In this document: positions 1 through 8,043 of the stretch, in pieces
Position numbering within the stretch: position 1 is the first letter of the stretch
Layout: every line of letters starts with the position of its first letter
Notes under the pieces: model-generated
What the model saw: the letters and a program-made list of their open reading frames with translations, nothing else
Databases searched by the model: none
What the model was told of the DNA's origin: nothing
Program-made: the position numbers and the translations under genes
DNA from: an uncultured virus (IMG/VR IMGVR_UViG_3300021400_004415)
Taxonomy: Duplodnaviria; Heunggongvirae; Uroviricota; Caudoviricetes
Length of the DNA stretch: 20,000 nucleotides
Strand: one strand, 5' to 3'
IMG/VR virus record: IMGVR_UViG_3300021400_004415

Positions 1-734
1 TCATTATACTCTTTATTGATATCATTCTCCGGCAGGTCCGGACTGATGTCCGGATCGAAGTAGTACGGAGGTTCGTCGTAGTACGTGAGTTCCATGTCCT
101 CTGCGGGCTTTTCCTCTTCAAGGGTCGGTTCTCCTTCGTCCACGGGGGCGGTTTCGTTGCTAAGGTTGTATTTGGCGTACTCGCCGTAGAGCTGGGCCCT
201 GAGGACGTATTCTTTCAGGTAACGGAAGGAAGATGTCACGATGACTGTACTCATGTCATCGTTAGCGCAGATGAATCCTTCAGTCTGGACCTTCCTAATG
301 AAAAACTGTACTCGTGATGATAGCGAGTCGTCCTGGGACGGCCAGAGTAGCATCTTGATGTCGTCGTTCTCGTCACAGAAGCTGAGGAAGTCATGGAACT
401 TGAACTGTGAGCCGGGCTCCAGTGTTGGACGGAACTTGTTCAAGACGCGGAGCATCTTGATATAGTCACCGTAGTTGTTTCTCAGGATACTTTCTATCTG
501 GGCGCCAAGGCGGGGTTCACTGAGGAAGTAATACCCATCCCCGGCCTCCAGGGAGTAGCCAAGCTGAGCAAAGTAGGCATGGTATGCCTCGAAATGCTCC
601 TCAATCTTAGCGTACCAGTTCTTCTCCCGGTGGTTGAAGGTCTCCTGATTGATGAAGGCATTCGACTTCAGGCGTTTCCATATATCCTTGAGATAAGGAA
701 GGGCCGGTACTGTGTATGTGCTATTTTCTTCCAT
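1..734 (-). CDS. mksE: Condensin/Wadjet KITE subunit MksE-like protein (3' end runs off window)
   Basis: Hand translation from ATG at 734 gives MEENSTYTVPALPYLKDIWKRLKSNAFINQE...KIEEHFEAYHAYFAQLGYSLEAGDGYYFLSE... with an acidic tail. It is open to position 1, hence absent from the ORF track. The 'Y..YF..LG..LE.GDGYYFL' motif resembles Bacteroidetes MksE proteins. The start overlaps the end of the upstream gene. Confidence 0.7.
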   Translation of the reverse strand, partial: MEENSTYTVPALPYLKDIWKRLKSNAFINQETFNHREKNWYAKIEEHFEAYHAYFAQLGYSLEAGDGYYFLSEPRLGAQIESILRNNYGDYIKMLRVLNKFRPTLEPGSQFKFHDFLSFCDENDDIKMLLWPSQDDSLSSRVQFFIRKVQTEGFICANDDMSTVIVTSSFRYLKEYVLRAQLYGEYAKYNLSNETAPVDEGEPTLEEEKPAEDMELTYYDEPPYYFDPDISPDLPENDINKEYN

Positions 735-2028
735 TTGCGTCGTTCTTTTTAAGATATACTTTACGGACGTTGTAGACGCCGTCTGTGTCTTCGTAGGTCA
801 GGAACTCATCCTTGGATACGTTGAGCCTCCTGCGGTACTGGTTAAGGGCTTCCAGGAAAGATATCATCTTTTCTGGCATGGTTAGTTCCTTCCGGTATCC
901 GGTGTATGCCAGTGCAAAGTCTGAGAGCGGCATTTCGCCGCCGGACTCGCGGTATGCCTCGAACATCGTCCTTACGTCCTGCAGGAAGTAGTTGAGCGCT
1001 GACACCGGTGGCGAGTGGTGCAGCTCCTTGCGGGAGACCGGTACGGCGGTTTGTATGGGTTGACCCGTTTCAGGGTTGATACCTGCAAGGGCCCGTGCAT
1101 AACTGTCCTTGATAGGCTCCGCCGGGAAGTCCGTCACCAGGGACAGTTTAAGGTCACGTATCTTTGCTACGGGAACGGGGCTGCGCTTGAGTACCGTCTT
1201 GGCGTTACTGAAACTGAATAGTTGGCCGTTAAGGTACAGGTTGCAAATCTGCTCAATCTTACGGGCGGGCTTGTCAATCTTCTCCACTCGTCCGAGGTAA
1301 TCCCTCAGGTGCCGTAGGACGATACTGCGTTTCGTGTGGAAAAATGATGCCAGGTTCCTCTCAAAGCCCATGATAGCTGGGCGGAGGAGCATGGCGTCTT
1401 GGGTGGATTCTGAGCCGAGCTGACTGAGCTGGTCCCGCAGGTACGGGAGGATACCAACGATGTTCCCGTTCTTTGTGTTGCCGTTGACTTCATCGTCAAG
1501 GCGCTCCAGGTAAGACAGGTGGTCCTTGAGCTTCTGGACCTTGATTTCAAGGTCGGAAATGGTCATGTAGGTATCGCGGATCTCGAAGTCAAGGTTTTCC
1601 AACGTTACGCGGATATTCTTGAGCATACGCCGTAGCTCAAGGCGGATAGTGTTGGCGAAGCGAACCTTGTCATCATCAGAGGAGGTATCTTTCAGGTATC
1701 TGATGTTTTGGAAGAGGTTTTCCTTGTTACCGACGATAGTCTGCACGTTTACCTCTCCGCCTGTTCCGACAATGCGTTCAACGAAGTCTATGACTACCAG
1801 TTCAAGGCACCATTTGCCTTCATCGTAATCAATGAACCCTGCCCGCTTGAGCTCTGCCAGACGTTGCGGCGAGCCCTGGGCCCGCTTTTTCTCCGGCAGA
1901 CGGTCAATGGGATTAGCAAGCCCACCGTCCTTATGATGTGCGTACAGTAAACGGATAACCTCCGTGTTCTGTGAGAACAGCTCGAGTTTATCCTTTACGG
2001 TTACAAGTGTGGAATCGTTAATCGCCAT
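721..2028 (-). CDS. mksF: MksF/JetA-like kleisin subunit of an MksBEF/Wadjet-type SMC complex
   Basis: 435 aa. An N-terminal winged-helix-like segment (LAELKRAGFIDYDEG) is followed by helical heptads (EVNVQTI...LDFEIRDTY...LEIKVQKL). Size and position directly upstream of the mksE-like gene fit. Assignment is by recalled similarity and synteny. Confidence 0.6.
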   Translation of the reverse strand: MAINDSTLVTVKDKLELFSQNTEVIRLLYAHHKDGGLANPIDRLPEKKRAQGSPQRLAELKRAGFIDYDEGKWCLELVVIDFVERIVGTGGEVNVQTIVGNKENLFQNIRYLKDTSSDDDKVRFANTIRLELRRMLKNIRVTLENLDFEIRDTYMTISDLEIKVQKLKDHLSYLERLDDEVNGNTKNGNIVGILPYLRDQLSQLGSESTQDAMLLRPAIMGFERNLASFFHTKRSIVLRHLRDYLGRVEKIDKPARKIEQICNLYLNGQLFSFSNAKTVLKRSPVPVAKIRDLKLSLVTDFPAEPIKDSYARALAGINPETGQPIQTAVPVSRKELHHSPPVSALNYFLQDVRTMFEAYRESGGEMPLSDFALAYTGYRKELTMPEKMISFLEALNQYRRRLNVSKDEFLTYEDTDGVYNVRKVYLKKNDANGRK

Positions 2029-2051
2029 ATATGTGTTTTATTTTATATATT

Positions 2052-2070
2052 TTACATTTTACAAATGTAA
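2052..2070 (-). promoter_or_regulatory. Bacteroidetes -7 box (TACATTTG) overlapping an 8-bp inverted repeat upstream of mksF
   Basis: CAAATGTA at 2062-2069 reads TACATTTG on the minus strand (TAnnTTTG). Inverted repeat TTACATTT (2052-2059) / AAATGTAA (2063-2070). Confidence 0.5.
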
Positions 2071-2081
2071 CAAAATTTATC

Positions 2082-2495
2082 CTACACGCCTCCAAGGTTC
2101 TTCATCTGTTCTTTAATGTAGGATATCTGGGTTACCAGATCTTTTGTAAGGTGTCGGATAGTTTCATACATGGTGTCAATCCTGTCATACAGGATGTTAT
2201 AGTCTTCCATGTGGGCTTTGATTATCCTGTTGGAAGCCGTGGCGGTGAGTTTGTTGATGTCTTCCCTCTGGCTGACGAAGGCGTTCTCCGCACGGCTTCT
2301 GATGGCCTTTGCAACGACATTCATCTCTCCGAGTCGGGACATGTAAGCGTCGAGCTTACATAGTCTTTCTGTCATCGAGTTCGGGTCTTGTAGGTTGCAG
2401 GGCTCATCCATGAAAGCCTGGATGATATTTGCTTCGTCGTGAAGTGCCTGGATGGAATTGTTGTCACTCTTGAATACGTTTTGAAGGTTTTCCAT
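2082..2495 (-). CDS. Hypothetical alpha-helical protein (137 aa)
   Basis: The ATG overlaps the recD2 stop (TAATG at 2493-2497). The sequence has an amphipathic helical pattern. Confidence 0.8.
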   Translation of the reverse strand: MENLQNVFKSDNNSIQALHDEANIIQAFMDEPCNLQDPNSMTERLCKLDAYMSRLGEMNVVAKAIRSRAENAFVSQREDINKLTATASNRIIKAHMEDYNILYDRIDTMYETIRHLTKDLVTQISYIKEQMKNLGGV

Positions 2496-4681
2496 TATGC
2501 TTCTGAGGTTTGTATTAGTAAATCAAACAGTTGTGTTTTTCTCTTTGCGGAGTCTATCTGGGATGCGGCGCATCTGACGGCCTTGGCCTGTCCGATAAGG
2601 AGGAAGTATTTCTTTGCACGGGTGATGGCCGTGTAAAGGAGGTTCCTCTTCAGGAGTATGAACTGGCTTATATGAAGCGGCATGATGACGACCGGGTACT
2701 CTGAGCCCTGGCTCTTGTGCACGGTCGTGGCGTAAGCCAGGTCCAGTTCATTGAGATCCTGTGCGTTGTAGTTGATTTTCCCGATGTCTTCGCCGTAGTC
2801 CACGGAGAGGACGGGTGGGTTGTCTTCGTCGTAGTCTTCGCTTTCAGGATCCTGGGGGAGGGGGAGCGCCACTTTCCCGATATCCCCGTTGAAAACTCCT
2901 TTGTCGTAGTTGTTTTTCATCTGCATCACGCGGTCACCGAGACGGTATTCTTTTGAAGGCAGTCGTGCAAGCACCTTTCCCTCGGGGTTGATGGCCGCCT
3001 GCAGGGCTTTATTAAGCTGTATGGTTCCGACGGGGTCCCAGTCTCGCTTCATCGGAGCAAGTACCTGGAATTCCACCCCGCGTTTATTGCAATAGACTGC
3101 CTTTGATACCACCTCTTCCGCCACGTCTTTCGCTTCATCGAGCGAGATGAAGGCGAACTCCTTGGAGTCCTTGGGTGAACGGAGGAGGGGTGTGCGTCCG
3201 TGGTTGACGTCATGGGCGGCCATGACTATCTGTGACCCTTCCGCCTGTCGGTAGACTTTCGTGAGCGCCGCGACGCTGTTGCCGAAGAAGTGTATCATGT
3301 CGTTGAGCACGTTTCCTGCGCCGACGCTTGGCAGCTGGTCCGGATCACCAACGAAGACAAGTTTCATTCTGTCCGGAACGGCTTTCAAGAGGCTTCGCAT
3401 CAGCATGGTGTCAATCATCGAGCATTCGTCCACTATGAGGACGTCACCTGTCAGGGGATTGTCTTCGTTGCGCTGGAACCCTTCGCGGTTGAACTCCAAC
3501 AGGCGGTGTATTGTCTTGCAGGTTCGTCCGGATACCTCTGTGACCCTCTTGGCGGCGCGTCCTGTGGGAGCTGCCAGGAGGAGTTTATAGCCAATGCTTT
3601 CGAAGGTACGGATGATGGCGTTGGTGGTCGCCGTCTTACCCGTACCGGGACCTCCGGTGAGGATGGTGACGCTTTGGCGTAAAGCCTTCCGGATAGCGTC
3701 CGTCTGTTCGTCGGAGTAATGCATACCTGTGAGTCTGTACAGGGCTTCCGGATCCGGTTCGGCTCCGGGTATCTTGAGTCCTTTCTTGTTGACGGCGAGA
3801 AGGCGTTTGGCTATGGTCTGCTCTGCGTAGTAGTACTTTGGCAGGGCGGCGCGTCCGTCATCGGTGACTATGGCTTCCGTGACGGTCGGGTCGTTAAGGG
3901 AACGGGTGACAGTTTCTTCATCCTGGAGGTTGATATACTTATCGGACATCACCAGGTGGACGAGTTTGTCTGCCTCGAGATAGGTGTGTCCTTCGTTGGC
4001 GGCGTCCTCTAGGGCGGCGTTGATGGCGGAGCCGATGCGGAAGGGACTGTCCTCCGGCAGTCCGAGTTTCAGTGCCACTTCGTCCGCTTTCTTGAATCCC
4101 ACGCCCTTGATATCGTCGGCAAGGCGGTAGGGGTTTTCCTCCAGCCTTGCGACGGAGTCGTCGCCCCAGGTCTTGTAGATTTTCGTTGCGAGGCCGTTCG
4201 TCAGGTCGTAGCGCTTGAGCCAGACCATAATGGAACGGATGGCCCTTTGGCTACGGACGGCCTCGATGATGTTGCGGACACGTTTTTTGCCGATGTTCGG
4301 CACTTCCATTAACCTTTCCGGCTCGTTATCCAGCACGTCGAGGGTTTCTTCGCCGAAGGTGTCGACGATGGAACGGGCGAGGACGGGCCCGATTTTTTTG
4401 ATGAGGCCGCTGGCGAGGTACTTGTATATGCCTTCTATGTCGCTGGGGCGTCTTTCAATCATCGAGGAGACTTCGAAGCAGGGGCCATACTTATTCTTGA
4501 TAAGGGTTCCTGTGAAGTCATACTTCTTTCCCGTGCAGACGCCCGGCATGATTCCTTTCATGGAGAGCGGCGCCACGGTGCCGTCGGATTTGACGGCATC
4601 GGTCCGGATGACGCACCAGTTGTTGACCGGGTTTTTGTATGTGATTCCGAGGATGGTGGCTGTTATAGTTCTTGTCTGCAT
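2495..4681 (-). CDS. recD2: ATP-dependent RecD-like DNA helicase (RecD2, SF1B)
   Basis: Has an N-terminal OB-like region, HhH motifs (KKIGPVLA, PNIGKKR, KGVGFKKAD), Walker A GGPGTGKT, APTGRAAKR, DECSM, VGDPDQLPSVGAG, YATTVHKSQGSEY and LYTAITRAK. Likely start is MQTRT at 4681, a TAATG overlap with the upstream ORF; 728 aa. Confidence 0.95.
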   Translation of the reverse strand: MQTRTITATILGITYKNPVNNWCVIRTDAVKSDGTVAPLSMKGIMPGVCTGKKYDFTGTLIKNKYGPCFEVSSMIERRPSDIEGIYKYLASGLIKKIGPVLARSIVDTFGEETLDVLDNEPERLMEVPNIGKKRVRNIIEAVRSQRAIRSIMVWLKRYDLTNGLATKIYKTWGDDSVARLEENPYRLADDIKGVGFKKADEVALKLGLPEDSPFRIGSAINAALEDAANEGHTYLEADKLVHLVMSDKYINLQDEETVTRSLNDPTVTEAIVTDDGRAALPKYYYAEQTIAKRLLAVNKKGLKIPGAEPDPEALYRLTGMHYSDEQTDAIRKALRQSVTILTGGPGTGKTATTNAIIRTFESIGYKLLLAAPTGRAAKRVTEVSGRTCKTIHRLLEFNREGFQRNEDNPLTGDVLIVDECSMIDTMLMRSLLKAVPDRMKLVFVGDPDQLPSVGAGNVLNDMIHFFGNSVAALTKVYRQAEGSQIVMAAHDVNHGRTPLLRSPKDSKEFAFISLDEAKDVAEEVVSKAVYCNKRGVEFQVLAPMKRDWDPVGTIQLNKALQAAINPEGKVLARLPSKEYRLGDRVMQMKNNYDKGVFNGDIGKVALPLPQDPESEDYDEDNPPVLSVDYGEDIGKINYNAQDLNELDLAYATTVHKSQGSEYPVVIMPLHISQFILLKRNLLYTAITRAKKYFLLIGQAKAVRCAASQIDSAKRKTQLFDLLIQTSEA

Positions 4682-4944
4682 TAGCTGATGTTGCTGAATA
4701 TTCTCTGTCGGTAGATTTTTGCGAGTTCCTTTATCTTGTTGTAGACGTCGTCTTGCATCTTGCCGGATTTCTCGTGTGCGAGGAACCATGCTATCGCGTC
4801 AACGAAGAAGTATATTGGTTCATACTCGTCGTTATTGAAGGCGTCCACCATGACTTTTCCGAGAAGGTAAGGTCCTTTCTTTGATTCGAAGGTCAGGTCT
4901 ACGTTTCCGTTTTTATCCTCTACGAGTTTAAGGTATTCTTTCAT
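4681..4944 (-). CDS. Hypothetical protein (87 aa)
   Basis: ATG start, protein-like composition, and its stop overlaps the recD2 start. Confidence 0.75.
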   Translation of the reverse strand: MKEYLKLVEDKNGNVDLTFESKKGPYLLGKVMVDAFNNDEYEPIYFFVDAIAWFLAHEKSGKMQDDVYNKIKELAKIYRQRIFSNIS

Positions 4945-5049
4945 AATGGATAAGGTTGTGTATCATTTCGCCTATTCGGGGTTTTGCGAAATGCCCCGGC
5001 AGGGGAGGGTGAAACTTCTTTTTGGGGCTGAGAATTGAGAAAATGCCTA

Positions 5050-5382
5050 TCAGACGAGCGAGTCTGCTGAAATTCTTGATTCTCGTGCCACTTCCACGGG
5101 GCCGTACTTCTCCTCATATAGGTCGATGTACTTTCGGATTGCCGCGTCAAGTAAATCCTTGTTAGTCAATCCGTTAATCCGTGCTATCTCACGTAGTTTC
5201 TCGTAGTTTTCACGGTTCAGATACAGCGACGTATAGACGCTGGATTCGTGGGCACGCACGCGGGTGTCCCCTCGTGCCGGTCTGCCGGGCCTTCCTGCGA
5301 AGGGCTGGCGTTTTAGGATTTTTTCGCCCTCCTGATTGAGGACGCTTTCAAGCCCGGACTTGATGTCATTTTTCTTTGCCAT
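5050..5382 (-). CDS. Small DNA-binding protein, probable ribbon-helix-helix partition adaptor for ParA
   Basis: A flexible basic N-terminus (GRPGRP) is followed by a beta-alpha-alpha pattern, YTSLYLNRENYEKLREIARINGLTNKDLLDAAIRKYI. It lies downstream of parA. Confidence 0.7.
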   Translation of the reverse strand: MAKKNDIKSGLESVLNQEGEKILKRQPFAGRPGRPARGDTRVRAHESSVYTSLYLNRENYEKLREIARINGLTNKDLLDAAIRKYIDLYEEKYGPVEVARESRISADSLV

Positions 5383-5415
5383 AACTCTTTTATTATTATA
5401 GTTATTATCTTATAG

Positions 5416-5446
5416 AACAGACTTTGTTTTAAAAACAGACAATGTT
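5416..5446. promoter_or_regulatory. Tandem imperfect palindromes, candidate operator/centromere
   Basis: AACAGACttTGTT (5416-5428) and AACAGACaaTGTT (5434-5446) sit in the AT-rich spacer upstream of the RHH gene. Confidence 0.4.
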
Positions 5447-5470
5447 ATGGTTGTTTTGTAATAAATATAA

Positions 5471-5677
5471 CTACCATTCTTTTGTGCTTTGGTCAAGGAT
5501 TTCAAAGTGAAAAGTCATATCCCTGAGAGCTTGACAGTAGTTTTTTCCCAGGCGGAAGCATGGTTCACGGAGTGAGCAGCACGAACAGGTTGCAATGGCT
5601 CCACCCTTGTTTTCTGTGATGATATGGAAGGCTCCATTTAGGATTATTCCTTCCTGTGTCGGCTGTACGTTTATCAT
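5471..5677 (-). CDS. Small Cys-rich hypothetical protein (68 aa)
   Basis: MINVQPTQEG...CSCCSLREPC...NYC...EW. The ATG at 5677 overlaps the parA stop (ATGA). This is the C-terminal part of the 159-aa track ORF. Confidence 0.6.
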   Translation of the reverse strand: MINVQPTQEGIILNGAFHIITENKGGAIATCSCCSLREPCFRLGKNYCQALRDMTFHFEILDQSTKEW

Positions 5678-6480
5678 ATCATGAAGCGTTTTTTGAATTC
5701 TTCGTAGAATTTTTCGTAGTCTGCGGCTCCGTTGCTCTTCGGAGCGTAGTCGAAGACGCTCTGGCGGTGCTGCGGGCATTCCGCCAGGCGCACGTTCTCG
5801 CGGATACGGGTCTGGAAGACCGTTTCTCCGTAGTGTGAGCGGAGGGCCTCGTCGACGGCCCCGTGCAGGTTCTTGCTGCCGTTGTAGTGTGTGATGAGGA
5901 TGCCGTCGATGCCTATCGAGGGGTCGAAGTAGTCCGCGAGTTCCGCGCACTTCGCCTGGAGTTTCTGGAGGCCCATGAGGGGCATGTATTCAGCCGTGGT
6001 AGGCACCACGAGGCCGTTCGATGCGACGAGGGCGTTCTGTGTCAGGAGTCCAAGGGACGGCGGGCAGTCGAGCAGCACTGCGTCGTAGGTCTTTTCCAGT
6101 TGGAGGTTCCGGAAGATGCGGCTCAGAAGCATCTCCCGGCTGGTCTTGGCCGTGAGTATGCTTTCCAGTTCCCCGGCATCGGGGCTTGACGGGATGAGGT
6201 CGAGGTTCGTTTCGGGGTGCTCGAACTCCTCTCCCCTGATGATTACGTCCGGCAGGGCGCCGAGCGGCGAGGACATGAGGGACAGGATGCCTCCCCTGTC
6301 GGCGGCGGGTTTCACGAAGCATTCCGTGAGCGAGCACTGTGCATCGAGGTCTACAAGGAGGGTCCGGTAGCCTTCCCTGGCAAGGAGGGTGCCGATGGCG
6401 GCCGTGGTGGTGGTCTTGCCTACGCCGCCCTTGTTGTTTGCGAAGGCTATGATTGCCGTTGCTGTTTTATTCTTTCTCAT
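5674..6480 (-). CDS. parA: ParA/Soj family partition ATPase
   Basis: Deviant Walker A NKGGVGKTTT, LVDLDAQ, LDCPPSLG and IRENVRLAE. Probable start MRKNK at 6480 (268 aa). No N-terminal HTH. Confidence 0.95.
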   Translation of the reverse strand: MRKNKTATAIIAFANNKGGVGKTTTTAAIGTLLAREGYRTLLVDLDAQCSLTECFVKPAADRGGILSLMSSPLGALPDVIIRGEEFEHPETNLDLIPSSPDAGELESILTAKTSREMLLSRIFRNLQLEKTYDAVLLDCPPSLGLLTQNALVASNGLVVPTTAEYMPLMGLQKLQAKCAELADYFDPSIGIDGILITHYNGSKNLHGAVDEALRSHYGETVFQTRIRENVRLAECPQHRQSVFDYAPKSNGAADYEKFYEEFKKRFMI

Positions 6481-6499
6481 TGTCTTTGAGTTTTTGATT

Positions 6500-7501
6500 T
6501 TAAAAACTGTTTTCCAGCAGGTCTTCCGGAGCGTGCTGGAGCCTTTCTTCATCCTCAATGGAGGCGGTATAAATCATCGAGGTGTTGACGGAAGAGTGTC
6601 TGAGCGCTCTCTTTACATCCATTATGGTCCCGCCATTCTTGATGATCTGCGTCGCTGTGGTGTGTCTGAGTGAGTGTGCCGAATATTCGTGGGAGTCGAG
6701 CCCTATGGCGCGTAATCCCTTCTTTATTATGAGCTGGATAAGTCTCGGCGTCATCGGTCCGCCTCTGTGCTCCTTTCCCTCTCCTTCACCCGTTTTCGAC
6801 GGGTGTCGGCCCTTTCCTTCAGTGGCAAAGAGGGGTTCTTCCTGGAGGGTGTTACCTCTTGTGTCAAGATAGGTCTTGATAGGTATCCACGCAGAGTTGG
6901 TAAGAACGACATACACGGAGTGGTCCGGGGCGTCCATTCCTTTTCCCCATACATATAGGATTCTTCTTCCGTTGCGGAAACTGATATCCGATATCTTCGC
7001 TCTTGACACCTCAATCGTCCTGAGACCCGTCCTGAGCATGAGGTTTACCATTGCCTTGTCCCTGGGGTTTTTGTACTGTTCAATCAGCTCTTTTCCCTGG
7101 AGGGTGGTGAGGTGCATTTTGATGAAATGCTCTTTCGTTCCTCCCTGGTTGACTCTCGGGGCCTTTACGCCGGCGGCTATGTTCGGATAGAGTTTCCTGG
7201 ATTCAGCCCACTGATAGAAGCGGTGAAGGGCTATGATATAAGCCCTTGTTGTGAGTACCCTGTGTCCGCTTGTGAGTAGGTATTGTTTGTAGATGATGAT
7301 GTCTTCGGCCTGTACTTCCGCAAGTTCTCTTCCGGTCTTGTCGAGCCACTTGAAGTATTGTCTTATGGCGTCGCCGTAAGTTTTTCTTGAGGTGTTTTTG
7401 ACATCAAGGGATGCAAGGAACGCCTTTATAACGGTGTCCTTGTCAAGTGTTACTTTTGCTACAGTGTTGTTTGACGATATTTTAGTTATATCTGTTGTCA
7501 T
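6500..7501 (-). CDS. Tyrosine recombinase (Xer/integrase family), probable multimer resolvase
   Basis: SAM-like N-domain plus catalytic motifs TGLR, WGKG, HSLRH, RHSS and TSMIY. Probable start MTTDI at 7501, just downstream of a promoter. Confidence 0.92.
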   Translation of the reverse strand: MTTDITKISSNNTVAKVTLDKDTVIKAFLASLDVKNTSRKTYGDAIRQYFKWLDKTGRELAEVQAEDIIIYKQYLLTSGHRVLTTRAYIIALHRFYQWAESRKLYPNIAAGVKAPRVNQGGTKEHFIKMHLTTLQGKELIEQYKNPRDKAMVNLMLRTGLRTIEVSRAKISDISFRNGRRILYVWGKGMDAPDHSVYVVLTNSAWIPIKTYLDTRGNTLQEEPLFATEGKGRHPSKTGEGEGKEHRGGPMTPRLIQLIIKKGLRAIGLDSHEYSAHSLRHTTATQIIKNGGTIMDVKRALRHSSVNTSMIYTASIEDEERLQHAPEDLLENSF

Positions 7502-7520
7502 AACAAAAATAATTCTACAA

Positions 7521-7551
7521 CAAAGATAACAGTTTTTGTTATAAACACAAA
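7521..7551 (-). promoter_or_regulatory. Bacteroidetes sigma-A promoter for the recombinase-parA operon
   Basis: Minus strand TTTG (7551-7548), 19-nt spacer, TATCTTTG (7528-7521). Confidence 0.75.
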
Positions 7552-7884
7552 ACTTTTTATTTGTTGTGTGTGAATTTCTCGAATTCCGCTTTCGCGTCAA
7601 GGAACACGTTGTCGTCTTCTGATAGCGCCACTATGTCTGCGGCGGTGTACTTCCCAGTGGCTTTCTTTAGTGTTGTGGTGTAGAATACGGTTCCGACAGG
7701 GTATTTTGCCCTGGCGTTCTGGACACACGTACCGGAGCGTTTGTCTGTGACGAGGGCGTTATCCCTGATTGGGGTGCGGCCGAGCACCTGACCGGGCATC
7801 ACGGTCATCATCTTCTTGTCATGGAAGGAAGATATGTGCAGGAAGTGCAGTTTTGTTTTCATTACTTCAAAAAGTTTTGTGTTT
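7543..7884. repeat. Perfect 16-bp inverted repeat pair plus outer 10-bp inverted repeat
   Basis: AAACACAAAACTTTTT (7543-7558) / AAAAAGTTTTGTGTTT (7869-7884). Outer pair ACAAAGATAA (7520-7529) / TTATCTTTGT (7897-7906). Confidence 0.9.
7557..7862 (-). CDS. Hypothetical protein (101 aa)
   Basis: ATG start with protein-like sequence (MPGQ...YPVGTVFY). It fills the space between the inverted repeats. Confidence 0.65.
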   Translation of the reverse strand: MKTKLHFLHISSFHDKKMMTVMPGQVLGRTPIRDNALVTDKRSGTCVQNARAKYPVGTVFYTTTLKKATGKYTAADIVALSEDDNVFLDAKAEFEKFTHNK

Positions 7885-7905
7885 GAAAAAAATGTATTAT
7901 CTTTG
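7876..7905 (+). promoter_or_regulatory. Bacteroidetes sigma-A promoter for the ncRNA/tRNA transcript
   Basis: TTTG (7876-7879), 18-nt spacer, TATCTTTG (7898-7905). Confidence 0.75.
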
Positions 7906-7910
7906 TCTTC

Positions 7911-8013
7911 GGCTAAAGTTTTGTAAGCTGAATCGTTTCAGCGTCCAGTTGTTTCCTGTCACAGGGTCAACGGTCATTCTGGCCCTGTGGCGCAACTGGA
8001 GACTTTGCTTAGT
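7911..8013 (+). ncRNA. Candidate structured RNA of unknown family
   Basis: Predicted three-way junction: AAAGTT/GACTTT closing stem, a GCTGAA-TCGT-TTCAGC hairpin, and a long hairpin (TCCAGTTG/CAACTGGA plus TGTCACAGGGTC/GGCCCTGTGGCG). It begins right after the -7 box. Confidence 0.5.
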
Positions 8014-8043
8014 GATGCAGTTCTTTATTGGAGTTTTGTTGTT

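Noticed and set aside
4941..5150. 69-aa ORF and CATTTCGC/GCGAAATG inverted repeat between the RHH gene and ORF87
   Set aside because: The ORF overlaps the RHH gene out of frame and looks non-coding. The 8-bp IR has a long loop and no clear U-tract, so no function can be supported.
7981..8040. Possible third tRNA starting GGCCCTGTGGCGCAACTGGA
   Set aside because: There is no D-stem complement, anticodon arm, T arm or downstream acceptor strand. It pairs with upstream sequence instead and is reported under the ncRNA candidate.
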